From the IMG/VR virus record IMGVR_UViG_3300032292_000879, positions 1 through 27,845 of that record: a stretch of DNA of 27,845 nt. One strand, 5' to 3'. Shown one piece after another: positions 17,125 through 25,236 of the stretch. This DNA is from a virus. Its lineage: Duplodnaviria > Caudoviricetes. The notes below the pieces were generated by a model that did no database searches, had not been told where the DNA came from, and saw only the letters and a program-made list of their open reading frames with translations. Numbering within the stretch: the first letter of the stretch is position 1; each line of letters begins with the position of its first letter. Both the position numbers and the translations under genes were made by a program.

Positions 17125-18284
17125 CTAAAAACAAGGGCGAACTCGTTGTTGCCGGGGCTGGTGGGGACAGCGGTGTAGGGGAGGTTCATCATGGCGATGC
17201 CGTCCTGATCGCTGTAGCTGGGGTCGGCGATGTCCACGGTGCTGAGGACCAGGCCGACGCGGTTGCCAGCGGTGGTGCCGTGAGCGAAGGTGAAGTTGCC
17301 GGTGGTGCCGTCAGTGGTGGCGGCGGTGAAGTAGTCCTTAGCGGCGATGGTGGGCGTCTCGATAACGACCGTGCCAGTGACGTTGCGCTGGGTGATGAGG
17401 ACTTCCTTGGTGCAGCCGACGAGTTCGCGGTAGACGATGTTGTTGCCGACGTCCATGCTGACCGACTGGAGGCAGGCGGAGTAGGAGTAGAGCTGGAAGG
17501 CGGTGGTGTTGCCCTGCTTGAAGATGAGTGGGGTGGCTTGGTTGGTGTAGGTGGCGGTGGGGGCGGCGGTGTCGGTGGGGGCGTTGTAGATGCCAGTCAT
17601 GGTGAACTGGAGGGTCGGGATGGCGCCAACTTCGCCGTTGAGGACGACCGTTCCACGGGCGCCGGTGACCTTGTGCAGCAGACCGTCTACGTTGTAGTAG
17701 ATGGTGACGCTGGTGAAGCTGGAGCTGACGGGCGCGTAGGAGGCGCTGGCGCCGATGCTGTAGGCGCTGGAGGCGCCGGGCACGAAGGTGGTGCTGATGG
17801 CGCGGACGGTGGCAACCTTGGTGGAGCCGACGTAGTCGGTGATCATGCCGACGTGGCCGCTGCCGGTACCGCTGGTGATCGTGATGATCTGGCCGATGTA
17901 AGCGTCGTCGGTGGCGCTGGCGCCTGCGGCGAGGGTGATGGAGTTGGCCGCGCCAGCGGTGGCGGTGCCGGTGACGGCAGAGGCGGTCAGCGTCTCAGCC
18001 ATGGCGCAGGCCTGGAGGGCGGAGCCGAAGCGAGGGGCCGTTCCAGCGGTGCCGGAACCGGCGAGTTCGACGGTGAACTGGCACTGGACGCGGCTGTTGG
18101 CCAGCAGCTGCTCGGAGGCGCCGAGGTAAGGGCGAACGAGGTCGCGGCTTACGACGTCACTTTGGATGGGCGTGATGGTGAGGTCACGGACCAGGACGGC
18201 ATCAGTTCCGGCGGGGGAAATGTCGGTGCCGTAGGTGGACTCAGCCTTGATGAGGATGAGACTTTTGCGGAGCAGGAGGGCCAT
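17121..18284 (-). CDS. Major tail (tube) protein (387 aa)
   Basis: KAESTYGTD, RDLVRPYLG and VELAGSGTAGTAP. Strongly C-ending codons. Lies before the G/T chaperones and is followed by a terminator. Confidence 0.88.
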   Translation of the reverse strand: MALLLRKSLILIKAESTYGTDISPAGTDAVLVRDLTITPIQSDVVSRDLVRPYLGASEQLLANSRVQCQFTVELAGSGTAGTAPRFGSALQACAMAETLTASAVTGTATAGAANSITLAAGASATDDAYIGQIITITSGTGSGHVGMITDYVGSTKVATVRAISTTFVPGASSAYSIGASASYAPVSSSFTSVTIYYNVDGLLHKVTGARGTVVLNGEVGAIPTLQFTMTGIYNAPTDTAAPTATYTNQATPLIFKQGNTTAFQLYSYSACLQSVSMDVGNNIVYRELVGCTKEVLITQRNVTGTVVIETPTIAAKDYFTAATTDGTTGNFTFAHGTTAGNRVGLVLSTVDIADPSYSDQDGIAMMNLPYTAVPTSPGNNEFALVFS

Positions 18285-18289
18285 GAGGA

Positions 18290-18538
18290 TTACCTCTCAG
18301 GTGGGGTTGGGGGAAGCGTGCGCTCGACTAGTGTGCGGACGCCTGTCTCGGGATCGAGGAGGTACGAACCACCCTGCCCGTGGAACTCATCTACAAGGAT
18401 AGAGGACGCAGGCTCGGTGGTTTCTTCTACGCTTTCCGAGGCAAACTCTTCGGCGGTGATGAACTCTTCGTTGAGAAGAGCTTCACCGGCGTTGATGTCG
18501 TCTTCGGAGACGGAAGTGGAGGAGGTGGTGCGGGCCAT
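18290..18538 (-). CDS. Small acidic hypothetical protein (82 aa; start corrected to ATG 18538)
   Basis: ATG lies 4 nt after the upstream stop. Acidic N-terminal half, C-terminal DEFHGQGGSYLLDPETGVRTLVERT. Confidence 0.65.
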   Translation of the reverse strand: MARTTSSTSVSEDDINAGEALLNEEFITAEEFASESVEETTEPASSILVDEFHGQGGSYLLDPETGVRTLVERTLPPTPPER

Positions 18539-18542
18539 CGGC

Positions 18543-18965
18543 TTAGGTGAGGGAGGTGACGGAAGTGCGGTAGCGGACATCGAACTCACAGGAGAAGACG
18601 CCTGCGGGTGTGTCAGCCTCTACAAAGTCAAATTTTACTTCGGCTGGCTGGACGTCAATGGCAAGGCCGCCAAGCGTCAAGTCAGCCATGAGCTTGGAGT
18701 GAAGTGATGCAATCGTTGGGTCGGCGGCTTGGTCGGCGATGAGGGCGCGGGAGATTACGACGATGCGAACGCGGAGTGTCCAATCGAGAGTGGGAAGGCT
18801 TGTGTTTTGTTGGCAGATGTCTTTTACGGGCTCGATTACTAGGGCGGGGCTTTCGCCTTTGCTTAGGGGTTCGACGCGGTTTCTGTAGATGCGCGTACCA
18901 ACGTTGGTCGTACCAGCCAGGGTGGTGGCGATGGCGGCGAGGATGGATTCGCGGCGTGTTGACAT
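18543..18965 (-). CDS. Tail terminator / minor tail protein U-like
   Basis: RRESILAAIATTL...RIYRNRVEPL...PALVI...LMADLTLGGLA...VRYRT. Located before the tail tube gene. Confidence 0.75.
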   Translation of the reverse strand: MSTRRESILAAIATTLAGTTNVGTRIYRNRVEPLSKGESPALVIEPVKDICQQNTSLPTLDWTLRVRIVVISRALIADQAADPTIASLHSKLMADLTLGGLAIDVQPAEVKFDFVEADTPAGVFSCEFDVRYRTSVTSLT

Positions 18966-18984
18966 GGTGCGCGTACCTTTGTAC

Positions 18985-19263
18985 TTAGCTTAGGGTGAGC
19001 ATTACGGTGCAAAGTTTGCCGTCGTCGAGTTTCATGGTTTCGCGGACGGTGTAGGTGGTGTCTTCGATGGTTACGGTGTCGCCGTAGAGGAGGTGGCCGA
19101 AGTCGGAGGTGCGGCAGGTGAGGCGGTAGTCGGTGGTGAGGACTACGCCGTCTGCGACGATTTCGGAGGGCATGTCGAGGATGCCGACGCCGGTGGACGT
19201 ACCAGCGGTGACGGGGACTCCGAAGTCGGTGAAGAAGAGGTCGAGGTCTTCGGAGAAAGCCAT
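18985..19263 (-). CDS. Head-tail joining (head closure) protein, FII-like
   Basis: 92 aa with FFTDFG...GILD...GDTVTIEDTTYTVRE...DDG. Synteny supports the call. Confidence 0.7.
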   Translation of the reverse strand: MAFSEDLDLFFTDFGVPVTAGTSTGVGILDMPSEIVADGVVLTTDYRLTCRTSDFGHLLYGDTVTIEDTTYTVRETMKLDDGKLCTVMLTLS

Positions 19264-19275
19264 GGGTGGGGGCCT

Positions 19276-19309
19276 AGAGAAAGACCCCAGACCGGGGTGG
19301 CCTGGGGTC
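19276..19309 (-). terminator. Rho-independent terminator after the capsid/decoration genes
   Basis: Minus strand GACCCCAGGCC-ACCCC-GGTCTGGGGTC-TTTCTCT. Confidence 0.75.
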
Positions 19310-19332
19310 GGTGGTGGCTTAAGCGCGGGAGC

Positions 19333-19743
19333 TTAGACGTACTTCTTGGCGCCTACGGCGTTGATGCTGTAGGTGTGGGAAGAGGAGCTGGTGGTGGAGA
19401 CGGCTTTGATGAAGCGTTTGGCCGCGCCTTTGGGGAAGACGAGGTACTGCTTGGAGGCCGTGGTGGTGGCTTGGGCGAAGGCGACGGCGGAGCTGGCGAC
19501 TTCAGAACCGCCACGGAAGAAGGCGGTGGTGACGTCGGTGTAAGAGCCGCCGGAGGTGTCGGCACTTTGGATCTTGACGTCGAGGGTGGACGTACCACCG
19601 CTGGCGACGTCGAGGATGACGACGATGTCGCCTTCGTAGTCGGCGAGGTCAACGGCGGTGCCGTCGAGGTTGCTGGTGCGGACAGCGGTGGGGGCCAGGG
19701 CGAAGTGTTGGAGCTTCTCCAGGCCGGTGGAAAGGATGGACAT
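19333..19743 (-). CDS. Probable head decoration / capsid-associated protein (136 aa)
   Basis: DGTAVDLADYEG...TLDVKIQSADTSGGSYTDV...KRFIKAV. High-expression codon usage. Lies between the capsid gene and the terminator. Confidence 0.65.
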   Translation of the reverse strand: MSILSTGLEKLQHFALAPTAVRTSNLDGTAVDLADYEGDIVVILDVASGGTSTLDVKIQSADTSGGSYTDVTTAFFRGGSEVASSAVAFAQATTTASKQYLVFPKGAAKRFIKAVSTTSSSSHTYSINAVGAKKYV

Positions 19744-19746
19744 GGC

Positions 19747-19974
19747 TCAGTCCTCGGGGGGAGCGGGGGGCTTGGGTTTGGCCGAAGCCTTGGCGGGGGA
19801 CGCGGCGGGCTTGGGCTCGGGTTTGGGTTCGGGGGCTGGCTCGGCCTCCGGGGCCGGGGTGGCTTTGCCGGAGGTGATGAGCAGAGCTGCCACGGCGTCG
19901 GGAAGATCCAGGGAGGAGCCTGCCTGAGCGGGCTCCCCTGAGATCATCACTTGCCGGGTGATCAGAACGCGCAT
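19747..19974 (-). CDS. Small hypothetical protein with a P/E/K/A-rich tail (75 aa)
   Basis: Directly after the capsid gene. About 38-aa compact N-terminus, then APEAEPAPEPKPEPKP low complexity. Confidence 0.75.
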   Translation of the reverse strand: MRVLITRQVMISGEPAQAGSSLDLPDAVAALLITSGKATPAPEAEPAPEPKPEPKPAASPAKASAKPKPPAPPED

Positions 19975-20006
19975 GGGTTAGATGGCGGGGGAACTACTGC
20001 TCAGGA

Positions 20007-22997
20007 TCAGGTTCCGTAGCAGAAGGCGGCGGGCTGCTTGATGGCGAAGTCAACGTCCTGGAGGGCGATGACGCGAACCGTTCCAGCGGTTGCACCGGCG
20101 AAGGGATCAACGGTGAGATCGAGTCCTGACCACATCGCCATGATCATCATCGAAAAATCACCGAAGAGTGCGTCATTAGTTCCGAGTTGATTCGAGACGA
20201 TGACGGGGTAGCCATTGATTTCGTTGTTTTCGTAGACGAAACCGGCGGCAACGGCGGTCGCGGACTTGGCGGTGGACTTGAGCGCACCACGCGCGGCGGC
20301 GTTGATGATGTAACGCATCGCGCCAGCGTCGGCGTTGCCTGCGGCAACGTCGGTCTCCATGCCGATGTACTCCTCGAAGGTGCCGTAGGTGGTGATGGTC
20401 TGGCTACCGATGCCGGTGGTGTTGATCAGGCCGAGGGGCTGGTTGGAGGAGCCGGTGCCGTACATGCCAGCACGGTCCAGTTCCAGGGCGATGACGCGGG
20501 TGAGATCGTTGCGGATCATGCCCTCGACGTCGATGCTGGATTGGAGCAGCAGGCGGCGGCTGTAATCGACGTACGCACCAACGGTCTTGGGCGTCATGTT
20601 GACCTGATCGATCGCTTGCTGCGATTCGGTCGGGGCAACATTTTCACCTACCCAGTATGCGCTACTGGCCGAATTTTGTCTCGGGATGCTGATGTTGCCT
20701 TGGAGGCCGCTCAGCATCGTGACGCCAGCGTTGGCGAGGGCGAGGCGGTTACGCAGCAGGTCGATGAACGACCCGCTGAGGAGTTGGTCGGCGACGAGGT
20801 TGCCGCCAGCGGAGGGGAGACCGGCGAGGAGGTCGCGGCGGAGGACTTCGTTGGGGACGACGATGCCGTTGCTGGAGCGCTCGTACTTCTGAGCGGCGGC
20901 CTTACCGACTTCGATCTCGAATTCGGCGGCGCGACGGGCGGAGGCGTCGCTGGGGTTGGCCAAGAAGTTGAGGGCGCGGACGAAGCTGAAGCGCTTGGTT
21001 TCGCTGGAGGAGAGGCCGACATCGTTGGTGGTGATGTCGGTGGAGCGGATGGGTTGGTCCATGGTGGTAGAGCCGAGTTTGTCGAGGACAGCGGTGCGAG
21101 CTTCATCGAGGGTGCGACCACCTTCGATGAGTTCACGGGCCAGGTCTTGCATCTGGTGGCGTTCGCCCAGTGCAGTGATGGCGGCGATTCGGGTCCGCTC
21201 GGCCTCAACGGCCTTGGACCGGACCACCTCCAGGTCAGGGGTGTTTTCCATTTCGGGAATGGGGGTAGATGCGGTTTCGGCCGCTGAGCGTGATGCCGGT
21301 TCGGCCACTTGCGCAGCGGAAACAGGCGCTTCGTCTTCAATAATAGACGGGCAGGAGTCGATTACTTCGGGGTCGAGGTGTGCGTCAGAAAGGAGTGAAC
21401 GTCCGATTCCGATTGTGGGATCAGCAGGTATTGAAACCACGCTAATTTCTACGGGCTGCCAACGTGTGGCGACAAAGTTGCCGCTACGCTCTTCCATTTT
21501 GTCGATGCCGTAACCGAAGCTGATGCCGCGAAGGATGTTGTCCTTGACATCGTCAAGGACTTCTTGCGCGAATTGATTACGGGAGAAGCGGACTTTGGCG
21601 TAGCCGCGCTTGTCGGATTCGTTAATCCAGGCGCGTTCCACGACACCGACGATCTTGTCGGGGTTGTGGTTGAAGAGGAGAGGGGCGCCATCGTTGAGGC
21701 GGGTGAGATCGGCAGCGTCGGATTCGTGGCTGAGCACCTCGTTTCCGAAGTAGCGGGCCACCGGGTATTCGGAGCTGAAGGGGAACTCGAAGGTGCGCTC
21801 TTCGATGGCACGGAAGTGGGTGGCTTCGGTGCGATTGTGGCGTTCGCCGATAGCGCGAGTAGCGTCGTTATCCATAGCTCTTAGGGCTGCGATCTTAGTA
21901 AGTGTAGAGAAGCGGTGGCCGACGAGAGTTTCTGTGGGTTCCCAAGCGGTGCCGGTTTGGCGGAAGATGCGGATTAGGGCGGCGGGATCTTCGGCGGTGG
22001 CGTTGATGCTGAATTCGGTGTTGGGGACGCCGAGGGTGCCTTCGCGCATGACGTGCTCGATGCGACCTTGGGCCGTTCCACCGGAGCTGGGCCAGCGCAC
22101 GTAGTCGCCGGTGGATAGGTCGGAGGGGTTGGCGCGTTCCACGGCGCGGTCGCCAGTGGCTTCCTCGAATTGGAGGGGCTTGTAGTCGTGGTCGCTTAGC
22201 CAGGCGCGGGCTTCGGCGGCGGTGAAGCGGCTGAGGCGGAAACGGATGGCTTGGAGTTCGGCGCCGGATTGGCCGTTTTTGATGCCGAAGATGAAGTCGA
22301 TGCCACGGCCAGCGGCGTTGTTACGGCGGCGGAAGCGGTCGTATTGCGAGGGGTCGCGGAGGCGAGCGGCGTGTTCCTGCGGGTAGGGGCGGTCGCTGCC
22401 TGGCTCGGGCGCTTCGGAAATTAGGCGCTCGGGGATGATCCAGAATTTGCAGAGGCCTTCGGGGGCGATGTCGCCTTCGACGATTTCGCAGGCGCGGGCG
22501 CCGGCGTAGAAGGCGCAGTTGGCGCAGACGAGGCCGGAGGAGGCGAAGGGGCTCTCCGGCATGTAGTGGGAGCCGTGAGGGCCGGAGGATTGGTCGAAGT
22601 CGCCGAGTTCGTCGGCGACGTCTTCGTAGGCCTCGTAGAGGGCGGCTTGGCCAGCGCTCACGGAGGAGTCGAGTTCGCGGTCGGTGTTTTCCATTTGGGT
22701 TACGAGGGAGTCGCTCCAGCGCTTGCCAGGGTCGCCGCCCCAGGCGGCCCAGGCGACACGGCCGGGTGAGGGGTAGCCGGACTCGCCGGGGCGGAAGCCC
22801 TCGGCGCGTTTATCGACTTCGTGGCGGGCGAACCAGGCGCTCATAGTGCGCACGGTGTCGGGGCTAAGCGGGTCGCCACTGAGGATTTGGGTGGCGCGAG
22901 TTGCGGCCACTTCCGTTCCACCGGCATGGCCTTCATGCTTCCAGGCGCGGTAGCGGCGAGCTTCCTCGCGCATCGCGTTTGTTGGGGTGGTGTTCAT
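20007..22997 (-). CDS. Polyprotein: four accessory domains + HK97-type prohead protease + scaffold + major capsid protein (996 aa)
   Basis: Protease motifs FSSEYPV, PLLFNHN, GISFGY and EISVVSIPADPTIGIGRS. Capsid motifs AGGNLVA, FIDLLRN, AYWVGE, PKTVGAYVDYSRRLL and FGDFS...DP. Confidence 0.93.
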   Translation of the reverse strand: MNTTPTNAMREEARRYRAWKHEGHAGGTEVAATRATQILSGDPLSPDTVRTMSAWFARHEVDKRAEGFRPGESGYPSPGRVAWAAWGGDPGKRWSDSLVTQMENTDRELDSSVSAGQAALYEAYEDVADELGDFDQSSGPHGSHYMPESPFASSGLVCANCAFYAGARACEIVEGDIAPEGLCKFWIIPERLISEAPEPGSDRPYPQEHAARLRDPSQYDRFRRRNNAAGRGIDFIFGIKNGQSGAELQAIRFRLSRFTAAEARAWLSDHDYKPLQFEEATGDRAVERANPSDLSTGDYVRWPSSGGTAQGRIEHVMREGTLGVPNTEFSINATAEDPAALIRIFRQTGTAWEPTETLVGHRFSTLTKIAALRAMDNDATRAIGERHNRTEATHFRAIEERTFEFPFSSEYPVARYFGNEVLSHESDAADLTRLNDGAPLLFNHNPDKIVGVVERAWINESDKRGYAKVRFSRNQFAQEVLDDVKDNILRGISFGYGIDKMEERSGNFVATRWQPVEISVVSIPADPTIGIGRSLLSDAHLDPEVIDSCPSIIEDEAPVSAAQVAEPASRSAAETASTPIPEMENTPDLEVVRSKAVEAERTRIAAITALGERHQMQDLARELIEGGRTLDEARTAVLDKLGSTTMDQPIRSTDITTNDVGLSSSETKRFSFVRALNFLANPSDASARRAAEFEIEVGKAAAQKYERSSNGIVVPNEVLRRDLLAGLPSAGGNLVADQLLSGSFIDLLRNRLALANAGVTMLSGLQGNISIPRQNSASSAYWVGENVAPTESQQAIDQVNMTPKTVGAYVDYSRRLLLQSSIDVEGMIRNDLTRVIALELDRAGMYGTGSSNQPLGLINTTGIGSQTITTYGTFEEYIGMETDVAAGNADAGAMRYIINAAARGALKSTAKSATAVAAGFVYENNEINGYPVIVSNQLGTNDALFGDFSMMIMAMWSGLDLTVDPFAGATAGTVRVIALQDVDFAIKQPAAFCYGT

Positions 22998-24574
22998 TCG
23001 TCGGTGGGCGGCGTGGACTTACGGCGGCGAGACCGTGACGGCGGCGGAGCTTCGCTAGGCGGGACGGGGTCTGTGGGTGGCGTTGGTGCGGAGAATGCAG
23101 GTGCGGCGTCGATGATGTCGCGGTCGAGGGTGACGTTTGCGTCGGAGCTGAGTTGTTGTTCGCGTGCGATTTCTGTGATGTTGTCGTCATAATCGCCACC
23201 GTTTTGCGCAACAATCTGAGATTTAGTCATGTAGCCGGCTTGCTCGGCTTCGCGGTAGGCCTTGACTTCCTTGAGGGGATCGACCCAGGACCAGCCACGG
23301 GGCATCCAGCGGGGCGTGTCGTAACGCTCGGGGCGCAGCTCGTAGTCGGCGAAGGGCAGTTCACCGCTGAGGACTGCGAGGTTCAACCACTCGCGGAAGA
23401 CACGCATGTGGAAGTTCTCGATTAGGTAGGTCTGGATGACGCGCCAGTGCTCGCGGTCCTCCAGCAGGCTTAGCCGCGAGCTGGAATAGTTGGTCTCCGA
23501 GAAGTCCTTGCTTAGGGTTTCGTAGGAGCAGCCAAAGCCGCTGGCGAAGCGGCGGATCTTGTTGCGGACGAACATCTCGAATTGTTGGTCCGGTGAGTCG
23601 ATTGTGGGGACGGAGACTGATTCGCCGGGGCTGAGATATTTGAACGTACCAGGCTCGAATTCACTTATGCGTTGGTTGTTTTCGATGGCGTCGGGGGTGA
23701 GTTCACCTTCGTTGTTGGTGATGAAGCCCATGATGGACGCGCCAGCGCGGGCACGGACCACGGCGGCTTCCTCGTAGCCCTGGAGTTGGTGGGCGTCGGC
23801 CATGACGGGGTGGAACCAGGGGACGCCACGGTTCTGGGAGGGGCGGTCGGGGAGAAAGAGGTGGATGATGTCGGCGGCGGGGATGAAGACGTGTTTGTTG
23901 CCGGAGGGGCGGGTGTTTTGGAACCAGTAGTCGCCGGGGTGGCGGGTGAGGATGGCGTAGCGGACGGGGCGGCCCCATTCGTCAACTTCGACGCCGTTGC
24001 GCCATTCGTTGTTGGTGGAGAGGGTGGGGCCGTTGTATTCCTCGTCGATTAGGTCGCTCTCCAGCATTTGGAGGGCGAGGGGGACTTTGGAGGTGCCGAA
24101 GGAGCGGCGGATGATGCGGAAGACTGCTTCGCCGGATTCGGGGAGGGCACCGGTTGCGAGCCACTCGAATTGGCTGAAGCTGTAGCGACCGGCGACGTCG
24201 CAGTTGGAGGCGCGGGTCCAAAGTTCCCACTTGGCCTCGATGAGCTTGTTGATGCGCTCGTCGCGCTTGTTGCCGCGCAGTTGGAGGACGAGGCTTTGGA
24301 GCTTGATGCCGGTGCCGATGACGTTGATTTGGGTGGTGCGCTTGGCTTGTTTGGCGTAGGGGTTGTTGCGGACCAGCTCGCGGGAGCGGTCGCGGAGCTT
24401 GCGGAGGCTGGTGCGGATTTCGGCGTCGGCGCTCGATTGGGTGGCGAGCCAGTCGGCGGTGAGGCGGGAAATTAGGGCGCCTTGATATTGGCGGCGGGCC
24501 AGCGGCCGGGCGGGGGTAGCGGGCTTGGTGGGACCGAAGCCGAAGGCGTGGGCAAGGGTGTCGCGGAGTCCCAT
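22994..24574 (-). CDS. Portal protein, lambda family
   Basis: LRDRSRELVRNNPYA, NGVEVDEWGRPVRY, RGVPWF, DFSETNYSSSR and WSWVDPLKE. Confidence 0.96.
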   Translation of the reverse strand: MGLRDTLAHAFGFGPTKPATPARPLARRQYQGALISRLTADWLATQSSADAEIRTSLRKLRDRSRELVRNNPYAKQAKRTTQINVIGTGIKLQSLVLQLRGNKRDERINKLIEAKWELWTRASNCDVAGRYSFSQFEWLATGALPESGEAVFRIIRRSFGTSKVPLALQMLESDLIDEEYNGPTLSTNNEWRNGVEVDEWGRPVRYAILTRHPGDYWFQNTRPSGNKHVFIPAADIIHLFLPDRPSQNRGVPWFHPVMADAHQLQGYEEAAVVRARAGASIMGFITNNEGELTPDAIENNQRISEFEPGTFKYLSPGESVSVPTIDSPDQQFEMFVRNKIRRFASGFGCSYETLSKDFSETNYSSSRLSLLEDREHWRVIQTYLIENFHMRVFREWLNLAVLSGELPFADYELRPERYDTPRWMPRGWSWVDPLKEVKAYREAEQAGYMTKSQIVAQNGGDYDDNITEIAREQQLSSDANVTLDRDIIDAAPAFSAPTPPTDPVPPSEAPPPSRSRRRKSTPPTDE

Positions 24575-24577
24575 GGC

Positions 24578-25159
24578 TTAGGCGTTGAATCGGACGAACA
24601 TATTGCGTGGGTTGCCGAGGCCGTTGGCCATGAGCTGCGCCGCCTCTTCACGCTTGACGTCAGCCTTGAGCTTTGCTTCGAGCTGGAGCAACTCGCTTAG
24701 GTCGTAGCGTTTGATGCTGCGCTGGCCGATGCGGTATTCCTGGACGCTGCCGCCGCTGAGGAGAGTGCGGATGGCAAGTTGTACGGCGTCGAGGTCCTTC
24801 TGGGCTTGGGTGCGGCCGTCGTAAGCGGTGGGGTTGCTGGCGTAGGCGAGGGAGGCGGCGACGGTGATGCTGCCTCGGCCCAGCTCGGTGACGGTGCTGT
24901 CACTGATCTTGGTGGCGACGGCGCTGAAGTACCACGTACCAGCGGCCATTGGGCCGGTGGTGGCGGCGCTGAGGGTGCTGCGCCAGGAGGTGCCGGAGGC
25001 GGTAGCGGTGCTGGTTACAGCCTCGAAGACTTCGTTGTAACGGAGGTAATAGATAAGGGTGTGGGTTGTGGAGTCAATGGAGGCGCCGAAGATGTCCACG
25101 GTGGGGGTGTCGTCCCACACGACCGTCGTTCCAGCGGTGATTTGGGGTGGGATGTTCAC
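24578..25159 (-). CDS. Head-tail adaptor, gpW-like C-terminal domain with an N-terminal extension (193 aa)
   Basis: Lies between terL and portal. C-terminal LDAVQLAI...VQEYRIGQRSIKRYDLSELLQLE. GTG start. Confidence 0.72.
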   Translation of the reverse strand: MNIPPQITAGTTVVWDDTPTVDIFGASIDSTTHTLIYYLRYNEVFEAVTSTATASGTSWRSTLSAATTGPMAAGTWYFSAVATKISDSTVTELGRGSITVAASLAYASNPTAYDGRTQAQKDLDAVQLAIRTLLSGGSVQEYRIGQRSIKRYDLSELLQLEAKLKADVKREEAAQLMANGLGNPRNMFVRFNA

Positions 25160-25236
25160 CTAAGGCTTAACGGGGCTAGATACAGCTTAGCCGTAGGTGG
25201 GCATTAGGAATTTGTGGGGTTTGAGTGTGGTGCGAT

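Noticed and set aside
17280-18707. Long plus-strand ORFs (475 aa here; also 20187..21287, 19093..19941, 1679..2335, 4580..5206)
   Set aside because: Antisense shadows of C-ending-codon genes. They are G/V/D-rich, show no recognisable motifs and fully overlap well-supported minus-strand genes.
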